Shown: positions 11,006-25,545 of the stretch, piece by piece
Position numbering within the stretch: position 1 is the first letter of the stretch
How the letters are laid out: each line of letters opens with the position of its first letter
Origin: Octopus sinensis
Taxonomy: Eukaryota
Length of the DNA stretch: 64,000 nt
NCBI RefSeq assembly: GCF_006345805.1
Contig: NC_043010.1
Coordinates: forward strand, 14,570,001-14,634,000
Reading direction: 5' to 3'
Translations under genes and position numbers: made by a program
Notes under the pieces: generated by a model
What the model was told of the DNA's origin: nothing
Database searches by the model: none
The model's input: the letters and a program-made list of their open reading frames with translations, nothing else

Positions 11006-11200
11006 GTCTGTGTTTGTCCCCCTAGCGTTGCTTGACAACCGATGCTGGTGCGTTTACGTCCCCGTCACTTAGCGGTTCGGCAAAAGAGACCGATAGAATA
11101 AGTACTAGGCTTACAAAGAATAAGTCCCGGGGTCGATTTGCTCGCCAAAGGCGGTGCTCCAGCATGGCCACAGTCAAATGACTGAAACAAGTAAAAGAGA
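10800..11200 (+). mobile_element. SINE family B, full length
   Basis: Same architecture; ends ggcggtgctccagcatggccacagtcaaatgactgaaacaagtaaaaga. Confidence 0.9.
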
Positions 11201-11522
11201 AAAAAGAAAAAAAACATTATATACGCGATGTATGTTTCTACAATCCCGACTCCTGTTTCTTCTTCATTTCTCTTTCATAAAAATAACCCCCTCCCCATCG
11301 CTCCCACACTCTCATTCTTAACCTGTCCTACACCCCCACCCACACACTTTTTACCCAATTATTTCTTCATTTGACTCGATTCATAAATTTCCAGCATCCA
11401 GTGATGCTCTTCTCTCTTCGTCATTCTCGTACAATAGTCTTTTGTTTTTTTTATCTTAGTATATCTTACATTTTCCGTCTTAATCTCTCTACATCAGCTA
11501 CATATGCACACATACGCGCGCG

Positions 11523-11558
<36 letters not shown>

Positions 11559-11655
11559 TATGTTTAGCTATAATATAAATAGTTTCACAATAATTTGATG
11601 GGTGACTCTATATTTTTGTAGAGTATAAATATATTTTTCTTAAACAAGAATATAT

Positions 11656-11990
11656 TCTTTTACTTGTTTCAGTCATTTGACTGCGGCCATGCTGGGCTTT
11701 AGTAAAAAAAAAAAATTGACTCCCAGGACTTATTCTTTGTAAGCCTAGTACTTATTCTATCGGACTCTTTTGCCGAACCGATATGTTATGGGAGACGTAA
11801 ACACACCAACATCGGTTGTCAAGTGATGGTGGTGGGCAAACACAGACACAAAGACACACACACAGATATACATATACGACAGGCTTCTTTCAGTTTCTGT
11901 TTATCAGATCCACTCACAAGGCCGAAAGTGCCTCGCAGTGGGACTGAAACTAGAACCATGAAGTTTGGAAGCAAGCTTCTTCATAAACAT
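11656..11990 (-). mobile_element. SINE family B, partially deleted
   Basis: Reverse-complement match to the family B tail and part of the head. Confidence 0.8.
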
Positions 11991-13110
11991 TCTTTTCTGT
12001 TCCTTATAGATATCCTATCCCACGGTCACACTGACTTCTCTCCCTGTCTATTCAAATCTACTGCATTCTGAATCCTATTCATCGCTCCCGCCCCTAGGTG
12101 CTAAATACTCATAGCGTTGGTTTTCTCTGTGTACACAACCGGAATATCCTTCTGGGTGCTTACCTACCATAGGCCAGAACCACAGGTATATCCAGCCCTA
12201 CCTGGTGCATATTTTTTCAAGCACCTGATTCTATTTTGAATCCTTATTTTACTATATATATATATATATATACATGATCTTTTGTGACAGAAACATGACC
12301 ATCCCCAAATACAATATCTGTTTCAACACACCAATTCGCATCAAGAATCTTGCAAAACGAACATATATGTGTGTGTGTATATGTATGTAATTGAGAATTA
12401 AATACGTTGTTAAAAATGCAAATATAATGCCATCAACACTGCACGAGCTACTGACCTTTGGGTTTGGAGGGAGGCCAGAACTGAAGACATTCAACAGGAG
12501 GCTGTAAAAGAAACCGTACGGAAACAAAATAGACGCGGTTGGGAAACACAGCACGAAGTCGAATAGCAGTGTGAACTGAGGTGAAGGTGTATATATATTC
12601 CTGGGTCAGACTAAGCATCTACCTAGACAGGGAACACTCGCATACAGTCAGAGTGGCGTAAAAAGAAATCTTGATTAAAGATGCGCTTAAAGCATTGCTA
12701 GATAAGACCCTGCGTCTCAATGCCTTCGATTGCACCGTCCTAGTTACACGCTTATACGCACGCTTATATACATAAGAATACTGCAGACAATGAACAACCA
12801 TTCGCTCGAATGGGGAGGGTGATGCGAAGATTCATATTAGGAAAAACGTAACGGGAAACATGTCTGAAAGGAGGTAACTCGGAAAGGGAGTGGAGTGAAC
12901 GATTTTATCACGGATATTCTGAAAGCACAAGTTCTGCTGGGTCGGGCAATTTGAGTGAAGATATGGCGGACTGGATGGGAAAGAAGATAATTGGAGAGAG
13001 AGAGGGGGAGGGGGAGGGAGAGAGAGAAAGAGAGAGAGAGTAAACTGCAGCACAAGATTGCCGTCTGTGGCGGATTATATCTCAAGGCATTAATTTTCGA
13101 CCATGAGGAT

Positions 13111-13149
<39 letters not shown>

Positions 13150-13345
13150 ACACACCACACACACACACACACACACATCTAGTTGTATGGTATTTAATAT
13201 ACCCGTATTCATCGTTGTTCAAACAGGGCCACTGACCACTTTGAAATGTTACTCTTAGCTGATTTTCGTACACACCACACACACACACACACGCATATAT
13301 GTGGGTGTATACATACATGGTTTTATATATATATATATATATATG

Positions 13346-13432
<87 letters not shown>

Positions 13433-13934
13433 GTGTGTGTGTGTGTGTACCACACTGCTAGCAAGTCGAGCGACCACAGAGAGATTTTCTCTCGCTCTCT
13501 TTCTCTCATTATCTATCTATGATCTACACACCAACCTGTCACCCTTACGTAATCTCCCCCTCCCCATTTAATGGCTGACTTTACAATTTGTTTTCCCATC
13601 CTTTCCGCCATGTCTCATTCCACTCCTCCTACTTCCGTCTCCTCTCTTTCTCACTTCAATAACTTTCTACCCGTTCCTCGTTCACTTTCCTCTCCTCTCC
13701 TCTCTCTCTCTTCAACACACACACACATTAATGTACGCATGCGCAACGTAGTCATAGAAATACATAGACATATACACAACTAAGATGAATATTGGCTCCG
13801 AGACACATGTGTACATCGTACAGAAACGGACATAACGCACATATACACACACACAAAGAAGCAAATACATGCTAATACACAACCGCTTATTCACAAACAA
13901 TTGCATTGAGACAGCAACACGCATACACGTGTAT

Positions 13935-13977
<43 letters not shown>

Positions 13978-14661
13978 CATATATACATACATACACAGGG
14001 ACACACAATGTCGTGCATACACACATGCATAAACGAAAGCCGCTATTTAAATAATGTGCCAGCCGAAAAGCTTGCATTTTGCCATCGCTTGAATGACTTT
14101 TAAGCCTATCTCTTATCAATCTCTTGACATCGGGATTTTTCGGTAATCTTCGCTGGCTTAGCTGAACATTGACTGTGTGTTTTCGGGCCTTTTATATCTT
14201 GATCCGTCTAAATTGAAGATTTTAAAGATAATATGCCTTGTTATTCCCCATCATTCTGTGCATTCTGCTCATCAATGAGTACAATTATTTGTTCGCTCAT
14301 CACAGACTCTCCTCTTTGGACTATTCCGTCAATGGCTGTCAATTCCAGATTCAGACGAGTAAATGACGGCAGCAACGTGGCAGGAATACACAAAAACTAT
14401 TATGGAGTCACTTTTTAAGAAAGAATAATTGTTTTCAACACACAAACGCACATTCATACACGAGCACACACACACATATACACAAGTAAATTCGTACAAA
14501 AACACACGTGCACACAAACACACATCCATAAATGTACACCAACACACAGACACACACACCAATATAAATTAAATGGACCTCAGCCTTTTACAACGGGCAG
14601 TATTCAGTTGTTTGATCAACTGAACAATTCGCTGACTGTATAAGCGGTTGAATACTCCTTA

Positions 14662-14895
14662 GAAGGCGGCGAGCTGGCAGAAACGTTAGCACGCCGGGCG
14701 AAATGCGTAGCCGTATTTCGTCTGTCGTTACGCTGTGAGATCAAATCCCGCCGAGGTCGACTTTGCCTTTCATCCTTTCGGGGTCGATAAATTAAGTACC
14801 AGTTACGCACTGGGGTCGATGGAATCGACTTAATACCTATGTCTGTCCTTGTTTGTCCCATCTATGTTTAGCCCCTTGTGGGTAATAAAGAAATA
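14662..14895 (+). mobile_element. SINE family A monomer with TSD
   Basis: 16-bp TSD ggttgaatactcctta at 14646-14661 and 14896-14911. Confidence 0.9.
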
Positions 14896-15079
14896 GGTTG
14901 AATACTCCTTAATGCATTTCTGAGAGAGGATCCCCTTATTCAACCAGTGAAGTCATAAAAAAATAAATTCCCTTAGAGAACATCCCAAGGAATTAGCCTT
15001 CTTGTAATTCAGTTCATTTTGGCATTAACTCCCTTATCATTTATTACAAAAACACAGTGGACACATTTCTCTCTTTTCC

Positions 15080-15290
15080 CTTTTGCTTGTTTCAGTCATT
15101 TGACTGGAGCACCGCCTTTAGTCGAGCAAATCGACCCCGAGACCTATTCTTTGTAAGCCCAGTACTTATTCTATCGGTCTATTTTGCCGAACCGCTAAGT
15201 TACGGGGATGTAAACACACCAGCATCGGTTGTCAAGCAATGCTAGGGGGACAAACACAGACACACAAACATATACACACACATACATATA
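15080..15290 (-). mobile_element. SINE family B, 3' half
   Basis: Reverse-complement match to the family B tail. Confidence 0.8.
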
Positions 15291-15730
15291 TATATATAGA
15301 TAATGGAATCAACACTCGTACAGCAAATTGCAATGTGGAATATTGTTTTGTTGTAAGAGTTTCGACTGCCAGAATTGTGTGAGTCTGGTGTAATATTCTC
15401 AAGTCACTCTCTTTATTCACAGTGCCTTCGTATATGTTTTCATCAATGCTTAGATATTTGTAGTATTCTTTATGTGGAAGAGAAGAGCGAGAGAGAGAGA
15501 GAGAGTGAGAGAGATTGACCCACAGGTTTGGGGTTTAAGGGACGGATTTTCCATGTTCAACAATCAAATGCGAACACTTCTATTGACCAAATTCCATTCG
15601 TATGTCAGCTGAAAATGTAATTAACTCCGGTTGGTTTTTGGCATTGCTAACATTTTTGAGCATAGATCTTCAGGTCATCCGCACTAAAATTATAGGTTAC
15701 ATTGGTAGCTTTAGCTGTTGCAGACTTTAG

Positions 15731-15900
15731 CATGGAGTGACTGTGTGGTAAGTAGCTTGCTTACCAACCACATGGTTCCGGGTTCATCCCACTGCGTGGC
15801 ATCTTGGGCAAGTGTCTTCTGCTATAGCCTCGGACCGACCAAAGCCTTATGAGTGGATTTGGTAGACGGAAACTGAAAGAAGCCCGTCGTATATATGTAT
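15731..15900 (+). mobile_element. SINE family B, 5' half
   Basis: Head and CORE-like segment up to the (TA)n tract. Confidence 0.8.
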
Positions 15901-15914
15901 ATATATATATTATC

Positions 15915-16570
15915 TGGGATAGTTGACAGCTGTACAGAAGAAATCCATTCCACAAACATTAATACCTGCAAGATTCCGACATTAACTGGAAACTTCCACA
16001 GAAATAGTTATATCGACAGGCTCTATCTAAGAAGAGCTGAAGTAGGTGGAGGCTTGAAATCAGTGTATCAACTTTCGAATGTCGAATAGTCTTTCTCAGA
16101 TAACAACTTCTAAACAACAACAGCAGAAACAACTTATAAACTGAGCGCTGAAAAGTGAAGAGAACAACATTCTACGTGTCGGCAAGAAGCTCATCGGAAG
16201 TACTCTCTCCTTGACGACTTTCCATACACTCGCCAAAAGGCTGCATAACTTAGCTCAAACAAGACCTGCACATGAAATACTCAGCACATCGAAAGAGACT
16301 AGACATGGAAACATTTCCCGAAGATTTGATGATGACAATAATATCGACATGAAATGTTGCACTTCTTGGATTTGCCATCGAAATTTGCCATCAATGCCAT
16401 CGAAAAACGCAGACGGTCCCGAGAAAAATATAAAGATTTTCCCTGTTGTTCATTACGCATAGGAACATCAACTAAGGGAATATTGGGGAAACATCCCCGC
16501 CAAAATTTCTATCAAGTATAAACTTAACAGGCTGGATGTTGTTTGGGACAGACATGAATAAGTAGTACTG
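15915..16570 (+). mobile_element. Decayed R4/Dong-like fragment
   Basis: DRLYLRRAEVGGGLKSVYQL matches the post-RT motif RLYLPRKEGGRGL seen at ~62590; a REL-like RLDVVWDR segment lies at ~16530. Confidence 0.55.
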
Positions 16571-16969
16571 TGAAAAAGGCCAATTTGCCCCCCCCCCCTG
16601 CTGATGGGAGCATCTTTGGCAAAATCAGAGAAATCAACCAATTAAGACAAATTGCAAATACGATGTGTAAGGGGAAGAGTCAAAATATGGAAAACGGTTC
16701 TCATGTTTGAAATGGAATATTGATTTTGATCTACATTCTAAAGACGGAGCCTTGTGTGTTTGCTAGAAACCAGCCTTCCTTACCTGTAAATGCTTCAAAT
16801 AATTAAAAATAGAACAGAACACACATACCAACTATCTCCCTCTCTATCTATCTATGTCTCTTTCGCTTTCTTTCTCCCCCCCTCTCTATTCATGTATACA
16901 TATATTTACGCACATATGAATACACTCGCATAATTTATACACTTTTAATAGTTATATTTTCCTTTTTCT

Positions 16970-19900
16970 TTCTATCCAAATAATCCCATTTCTATCCAAA
17001 TAATACCACTTCTATCCAGATAATCCCATTTCTATCCAAATAATCCCACTTCTATACAAATAATCCCATTTCTATACAAATAATCTCATTTCTATCCAAA
17101 TAATCTCACTTCTATACAAATAATCTCACTTCTATACAAATAATCCCATTTCTATCTAAATAATCCCACTTTTATCCAGATAATACCACTTCTATCCAGA
17201 TAATGCCATTTCTATCCAAATAATCCCACTTCTATCCAAATAATCCCACTTCTATCCAAATAATCCCACTTCTATCCAGATAATCCCATTTCTATCCAAA
17301 TAATCCCATTTCTATCCAAATAATCCCACTTCTATCCAAATAATCCCACTTCTATCCAAATAACCCCACTTCCATCCAAATAATCCCACTTCCATCCAAA
17401 TAATCCCACTTCTATCCAAATAATCCCATTCTATCCAATAATCCCACTTCTATCCAAATAATCCCACTTCTAATCCAAATAATCCCACTTCTATCCAAAT
17501 AATCCCACTTCTATCCAAATAATCCCACTTCTATCCAAATAATCTCTCACTTCTATCCAATAATCTCACTTCTATTCAAATAATCCCATTTCTCTATCCA
17601 AATAATCCATTTCTATCCAAATAACCACTTCTATCCAAATAATCCCATTTCTATCCAAATAATCCCACTTCTATCCAAATAATCTCACTTCTATCCAATA
17701 ATCCCATTTCTATCCAAATAATCCCACTTCTAATCCAAATAATCCCACTTCTATCCAAATAATCCCACTTCTATCCAAAATAATCCCACTTCTATCCAAA
17801 TAATCCCACTTCTATCCAAATATCCCACTTCTATCCAAATAATCCACTTCTATCCAAATAATCCCACTTCTATCCAATAATCCCACTTCTATCCAAATAA
17901 TCCCATTTCTATCCAATAATCCCATTTCTATCCAATAATCCCACTTCTCTCCAATAATCCCATGTCTATCAAAATATCTCACTTCTATCCAAATAATCCC
18001 ATTTCTATCCAAATAATCCCACTGCTATCCAAATAATCCCATTTCTATCCAAATAATCCCACTTCAAGCTTCATCCAATAATATCACTTCATCCAAATAA
18101 TCCCATTTCTATCCAAATAATCCCATTTCTATCCAATAATCCCACTTCTATCCAAATAATCCCACTTCTATCCAAAAAATAATCCCACTTCTATCCAAAT
18201 AATCTCACTTCTATCAAATAATCCATTTCTAATCCAAATAATCCCATTTCTATCCAATAATCCCCTTCTATCCAAATAATCCCACTTCTATCTATCCAAA
18301 TAATCCCATGTCTATCAAAATAATCTCACTTCTATCCAAATAATCCCATTTCTATCCAATAATCCCACTTTTATCCAAATAATCCCACTTCTATCCAATA
18401 ATTCCATTTCTATCCAAATAATCCCACTTCAATCCAAATAATATCACTTCAATCCAAATAATCCCATTTCTATCCAAATAATCCCATTTCTATCCAAATA
18501 ATCCCATTTCTATCCAAATAATCCCACTTCAATCCAAATAATCCCATTTCTATAATCCAAATATCCCATTTCTATCCAAATAATCCCACTTCTAATCCAA
18601 ATAATCCCACTTCTATCCAAATATCCCACTTCTATCCAAATAATCTCACTTCTATTCAATAATCCCATTTCTAATCCAAATAATCCCATTTCTATCCAAT
18701 AATCCCACTTCTATCCAAATAATCCCACTTCTATCCAAATAATCCCATGTCTATCAAAATAATCTCACTTCTATCCAATAATCCCATTTTTATCCAAATA
18801 ATAATCCCACTTTTATCCAAATAATCCCATTTCTATCCAATAATTCCATTCTTATCCAAATAATCCCACTTCAATCCAAATAATATCACTTCAATCCAAA
18901 TAATCCCATTTCTATCCAATAATCCCATTTCTATCCAAATAATCCCATTTCTATCCAATAATCCCATTTCTATCCAAATGATCCCATTTCTATCCAAATA
19001 ATCCCACTTCTATCCAAATAATCCCACTTCCATCCAAATAATCCCACTTCTATCCAGATAATCCCATTTCTATCCAAATAATCCCACTTCTATCCAAATA
19101 ATCCCACTTCTATCCAAATAATCCCACTTCTATCCAAATAATCCCACTTCTATCCAAATAATCCCACTTCTATCCAAATAATCTCACTTCTATCCAAATA
19201 ATCTCACTTCTATTCAAATAATCCAATTTCTATCCAAATAATCCCACTTCTATCCAAATAATCCCACTTCTATCCAAATAATCCCATGTCTATCAAAATA
19301 ATCTCACTTCTATCCAAATAATCCCATTTCTATCCAAATAATCCCACTTCTATCCAAATAATCCCATTTCTATCCAAATAATCCCACTTCAATCCAAATA
19401 ATATCACTTCAATCCAAATAATCCCATTTCTATCCAAATAATCCCATTTCTATCCAAATAATCCCACTTCTATCCAAATAATCCCACTTCTATCCAAATA
19501 ATCCCACTTCTATCCAAATAATCCCACTTCTATCCAAATAATCTCACCTCTATTCAAATAATCCCATTTCTATCCAAATAATCCCATTTCTATCCAAATA
19601 ATCCCACTTCTATCCAAATAATCCCACTTCTATCCAAATAATCCCATGTCTATCAAAATAATCTCACTTCTATCCAAATAATCCCATTTCTATCCAAATA
19701 ATCCCACTTTTATCCAAATAATCCCATTTCTATCCAAATAATTCCATTTCTATCCAAATAATCCCACTTCAATCCAAATAATATCACTTCAATCCAAATA
19801 ATCCCATTTCTATCCAAATAATCCCATTTCTATCCAAATAATCCCATTTCTATCCAAATAATCCCATTTCTATCCAAATAATCCCATTTCTATCCAAATA

Positions 19901-20347
19901 ATCCCACTTTTATCCAAATAATATCACTTCTATCCAAATAATCCCACTTCTATCCAAATAATCCCATTTCTATCCAAATAATCCCACTCCTATCCAAATA
20001 ATCCCACTCCTATCCAAATAATCCCACTTCAATCCAAATAATCCCACTTCTATCCAAATAATCCCATTTCTATTCAAATAATCCCACTTCTATCCAAATA
20101 ATTTCACTTCTATCAAATAATCTCACTTCTATCCAAATAATCTCACTTCAATCCAAATAATCCCACTTCTATCCAAATAATTTCACTTCTATCAAATAAT
20201 CTCACTTCTATCCAAATAATCTCACTTCTATCCAAATAATCTCACTTCTATCCAAATAATCCCATTTCTCTCCAAATAATCCCACTTCTCTCCAAATAAT
20301 CCCACTTCTATCCAAATAATCCCATTCCTATCCAAATAACCCCACTT
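16970..20347. repeat. 20-bp tandem satellite (consensus TTCTATCCAAATAATCCCAC), roughly 170 units
   Basis: Directly visible; recurrent variant units show higher-order organisation; indel-rich middle section (~17430-18960). Confidence 0.97.
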
Positions 20348-21007
20348 GCATGGAGGCCCGTACCAAGTAAAATGTCATGTGATTGCAGTCAATCACTTCG
20401 TAAATATATGAGCAATCTTCAAAAACTACAACGTTCGTCACCTCAGCGCTGCGAACCAGAAACGCCGAGTAGCATCTAACGTCGACTGAATTCTGTTTAG
20501 AGTAATTGTAACCTACATAGATATGGAACCGCAATCTTCTATATGCATACAAGCACACATATACACACATACACAGAAGTTATACATGCATACATATATG
20601 CGAGTATATGTGCACGCGTGGGAGTATTTTCTTCAGCCTTTCTTATGAAACATTGACCACTGTTTTCTCAGTTGTTGAATCTTGGTCCAATCTTGTGCTC
20701 TTCCATTCGATTTTAGTCTAAATTTCCTCGTCGTTAGCTTCGTTCACGACAGCCGTTTTTATTTGTAGCTTTTAGGAGTCCAGTTGTCAAACTTTGATAC
20801 CCATCATTTGACAGCATTCATATATATGGATGCATGTATGCCATTATTCAGTTCATTTCAAGATTTCTTGCCAATAGAGAAAGAACCGGTTTCTAACCTA
20901 GATCCAAGGTTCCGTCATTGGAATTTCAACATCAACAACAGGGTATTTTTGTATATATGTATGTATGTATTTTTACATAAATGATTGTCAATTGATGGAG
21001 ATATAGG

Positions 21008-21125
21008 AGAAGGCGTGGCTGTGTGGTAAGAAGCTTGCTTCCCAATCTCATACTTCCGGGTTCAGTCCCACTGCGTGGTACCTTGGGCAAGTGTCTCCTG
21101 ATATAGCTTCGGGCCAACCAAAGCG
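21008..21125 (+). mobile_element. SINE family B head fragment
   Basis: gaaggcgtggctgtgtggtaag...accttgggcaagtgtc. Confidence 0.75.
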
Positions 21126-21144
21126 TTGCCGGGTCATAGGGCTA

Positions 21145-21179
<35 letters not shown>

Positions 21180-21312
21180 TTTACATGCATAAATGCCGTT
21201 GGTCCGTTTGAGTTATGTCCTTTACCTTATTTTATTTGAGCAGCTTATTCTGACCAAAAATTATTCGTAACTTCTTTTGTAAAAATGTATGTCTGTTTGA
21301 CCGTCAAACTTA

Positions 21313-21356
21313 GACTGTACTGATGAGGTTTCATGCGGCGAAACATGTTGATAGTT
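21313..21356 (+). ncRNA. Degenerate hammerhead motif
   Basis: CUGAUGA 21320-21326, GAAAC 21340-21344, palindromic ACAUGU; stems I and II only partly paired. Confidence 0.35.
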
Positions 21357-23689
21357 GTTCTTTACCAACAAAGTTTCTTTGCGCATGCCAGATAACCTTG
21401 AGAAATGAATTACTTCCCTTTTGCTGACAACTACTACCACTCGGTATTTTTGTCTTTAACTAACAAGGAAAATTAATTACGAACTTGTTTGCGTTATTTA
21501 GTCACCATCCTTCATCTCACAATCCTTTCTTTAAGCATTCATTGACTATCAAACAGACACAGATCTACGCAGTAACGTTTGCGCAACTTTCACACTTTCA
21601 TTTTCTTTTATATTCTTTCATATGTCTAACCTTCAACTCCCATCTCCACACCGACTGTATATCCCCCCCCCCATTCCATCATTCCGATATGTCTCTCTAT
21701 TTCTTTTCTGTAATTCTTTTAGTTCCATTCATTTTTCTATTCGTTTTCTTTGACACAATCCCGTGACATTGCTAAGCACACTAATGTACTGAGCCTGTCG
21801 CACCACAATACACCGAGAAAATAGGTAGGTAGGCAATCGTCTGCTACTTTCGCAACTGACGTCACACAACACACAACACAGTCTTCTAGTTCACCGCTTT
21901 CTTCTCTAACCCTTTTCTTCTTTCTTTCTCGCCATTATCTTTTTACACTGTCTTCCTTTACTTTCTTCCCATTTGACCTCCATCTTATTTTTACACTGTT
22001 TACTCCATTAAACTTATCTCACTCACTGGGTTAACCCGTTCTCCTTCTCCAAACTCCCTTCATTATCACCCTCTCATCTCTTTCTCTTTGTCTCTCTCTG
22101 TCTGTCTCTCTCTCTATCTATCTGTCTATCTATTTCTCGCATCTACTATATCTGAACTTGCGTTTCTTTCCTTATTCCATTCACTTTTCCTTATTCGGTC
22201 TCCGTACGTCTTCCCCCCACCCCATTCCTCTACTGTACTCTCTTCTCTCTCTCTTAAGATACTTATTCTTTCATACTTCTCAATAATCTCTCTCGCACTA
22301 TAACACACACACACACACACCACACACACACACTCGTCTTCTCTTATTCAATCACTTAGAAATCAACCTCCCATTATTCAATTCAATTTCTACGGGACTC
22401 TTTCTCTCCTTCCCTCCCCCCCTTCTCTCTCTCTCTCTCTAATCTTTCGACATTGGATTCCCCTCTTCATAATTATTCTTTCAAACGCATTTTTACTCTC
22501 TCAATCTTTCTTCTTCATAGCATTCAAGTTGCTCTCTTTCTCTCCCCCTCTCATTAATACTCTTTATCTACCCGCTTTCTCTTTCTACGTTCTCTCCATT
22601 ACTTATGCTTCTCTGTTACTTTGTCATTTTTGACGACAGATAGACACACACGAACACACACGAACACACACACTAACCCTGACATTATCTCCCCCACCAC
22701 CTCTCCGTTTGCCCGCCATTATTCTGTATTACTTGGGAAAGATGGAGACGCAAGACATTGAAATCTGCCCTTATACAGAATTATAAATATTGACAAATGC
22801 AGGTAGGATGAGGAGGATGTAGATGAAGATGAGGAAGATGAGGAGGGTGAGGAGGATGAGGAAAAGGATGAGTAGGATGAAGAGAAGGAGGCGACATAAT
22901 TGTCCTCAGAACAGAGTTGGTACTTTGAATGTCAACTCAAGTACCAGTTACGCACTGGGGTCGATGTAATCGACTTAATCCGTGTGTCTGTCCTTGTTGT
23001 CCTCTCTATGTTTAGCCCCTTGTGGGTAGTAAAGAAATAGGTACTGGCAACGACCTCGCTCGAATCCTTTTATACATGCCACCAGCACAGGTGCCAGAAG
23101 GCGATTTTGGTAACAATCACGCTCGAATGGTGCCCTTTTGACGTGCCCACTGGCACGGAAGCCAGATATTGTCAAATAATATATATCTGTTACCGAACAA
23201 ACCTCCCGTTCTATCTCCCTCCCTAAATCATTGAAATTATAGACATTTCAGTTACCAGTAATTACAACAACAAAACATAACCTAATTGACTCGCTGAGAT
23301 CTATGACTGAATTACGAATCTTTAGATTCGTTTGTCTAACGTCGCATCAAGTTAACCGGAGTTCGAATCCTTCTCTCATCCTGCTCATTCAAATACTGAT
23401 TTAATTTTGCAAACAATACTGATGTTGACGCAGTCCCTCATCAATCGCCACGCCTTTAGAAATGGAATTAAGGGCCATGGGACGATCATAGGTCTACTGA
23501 CTAAAACTAATAACTCATCTCCTCCAACCACTCACGCTACATCCAAATTCATCAATCACATTTCAAATATGCTTTGTACAGCTATGGTTTTGGTTTGTTT
23601 ACGTTCCCGTATCTTAGCGGTATGGCAAAAAGAGACCGATAGAATAAATATGAGGGTTGATTTGTTCGACAAACCCCTTTAAGGCGGTG

Positions 23690-24123
23690 CACGCGCAGGT
23701 GTAGGTGTGTGGTAAGGTGTTTGCTTCCCTACCGTATGGTTCTGGGTTCAGTCCCACTGCGTGGCATCTTGGGTTATATATATGTTTCTTTATTACCCAC
23801 AAGGGGCTAAACATAGAGGGGACAAACAAGGACAGACAAACGGATTAAGACGATTACATCGACCCCAGTGCTTAACTGGTACTTAATTTATCGACCCCGA
23901 AAGGATGAAAGACAAAGTCGACCTCGGCGGAATTTGAACTCAGAACGTAACGGCGGACGAAATACGGCTACGCATTTCGCCCGGCGTGCTAACGTTTCTG
24001 CCAGCTCGCCGCCTTGGGTTATATATAGTCTCCTAGTATAGCTTCGGGCTGGCTAAAGCCTTGCGAATGGATTTGGTTGACGGAAACTGAAAGAAGCCCA
24101 TCGTACACACACACACAGACACA

Positions 24124-24159
<36 letters not shown>

Positions 24160-24385
24160 TGTGAGCCTTTGTGTTTGCCCCTTTTGTCAACTGGTGTTGG
24201 TGTGTTTACATCTCCATTACTTAGCGGTTCGGTAGAAGAGACTGATAAAATAAGTACCAGGCTTAAAAAAAAAAATAAAGAATAATAATGAGTACTAGTG
24301 TCGATTCGTTCGCCTAAAATTCGTCAAGGCGGTGCCCCAGCATGGCCGCACTCTATTGACTGAAACAAGTGGAAAATAAAAGAAA
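23690..24385 (+). mobile_element. SINE family B interrupted by a SINE A insertion
   Basis: Head 23690-23782, resumes after 24012 through the tail ggcggtgccccagcatggccgca. Confidence 0.8.
23783..24012 (-). mobile_element. SINE family A monomer nested in SINE B
   Basis: 15-bp TSD cttgggttatatata at 23768-23782 and 24013-24027. Confidence 0.9.
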
Positions 24386-25154
24386 GTTGATAAAACTCTA
24401 TTCCCTGTGCAAGACAGTATCGTATTTGTTATGCTGAACACCGCCGTGAGGGATTTTCTCTTCGCCCCAGAACTGTTACGTTTGTATCACTGTCTGCATA
24501 TGTTTCTGTCTAATCGTTTAATTCATTAACTCTTTTATCGTAAAATGTTTATTTTGGTCTCCTTCATTTTCTTCATCTCATCAGGAAATTAGTTCGAAGG
24601 TGTATATATACTCCTGGCTTTTGTTTAAAAGCTGGGTCGTGTACCATGAAATGTCGACAATTATAATGATATTAATCCCGCCTCCATTGACAAAAGAGTT
24701 CTTCTCAGTAACAAGAATGAAAAAAATATTATGATCTACTAAAAAAACAAAACAAAATGAATTAAAGAGAATAAAAACTAAAAAATAATAAAACAAAAAT
24801 AAAACAAAAATATATGAAAGATAATTATATCTGTCGTTAATCAAAATTCGTAGATTTCTTATTGTTGTTGGTGTTGTTGTTGTTCGTGTTGTTTCTGCTT
24901 TTTATAAGACTTGTAATTAGTATTTCTATTATTGCTATTACATTTTTTGCTGTTTGTTTTTGCTATGGTTAGTGGTTGTTGTTGTTATTGTTGGAATTGC
25001 TGTCCATGTTATTGATGTTGTTGTTGTTGTTGTTTTGATATTCTCCGATGTTGTTCTTGGCATTGTTGTTGTCGTTGCTACTCACGTTGTCATTAATCTT
25101 TTCTTTACCTTCAATATTGTAAGAGCAGCAACAGTTTTTATTACTAATCTTGGC

Positions 25155-25186
<32 letters not shown>

Positions 25187-25227
25187 CAGCAGCAGCAGCG
25201 TTACGAGTAGATGTTGTTGCACTAGTA

Positions 25228-25416
25228 GGATAACACGCCGGACAAAAGGCTTGGCGGCATTTCGTCCGTCTTTACGTTCTGAGTTCAAATTCCGCCGAGG
25301 TCGATTTTACCTTTCATCCTTTCGGGGTCGATAAGTACCAGTTGAACACTGAGGTCGATGTAATTGACTCATCCCTTCCCCCCAAATTGCTGTCCTTGTG
25401 GCAAAATTTGAAATCA

Positions 25417-25452
<36 letters not shown>
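25228..25452 (+). mobile_element. SINE family A (short-tail variant) ending in (TAT)n
   Basis: Family A core followed by cccccaaattgctgtccttgtg and (TAT)n. Confidence 0.8.
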
Positions 25453-25545
25453 GCAGCGGCAGCACTGTTTAAGTCAGTGTACCAGGCCTCAAGATTTGCC
25501 TGTGTTCTTCCCGGTAAGACAGTCAATAACCTTTGCAGACATTAT

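Noticed and set aside
14233-14420. Short open frames in unique-looking intronic DNA (also ~12430-12560 and ~60990-61170)
   Set aside because: No recognisable domain and no convincing paired splice sites; cannot be called without expression data.
16970-20347. Regular short repeats resembling a CRISPR array; ORF 17812-18012
   Set aside because: Units are contiguous with no unique spacers, there are no cas genes, and the context is eukaryotic; the ORF is a translation of the satellite.
22800-22895. Acidic-looking (GAT/GAG)n stretch
   Set aside because: A trinucleotide repeat with no flanking ORF or splice evidence.
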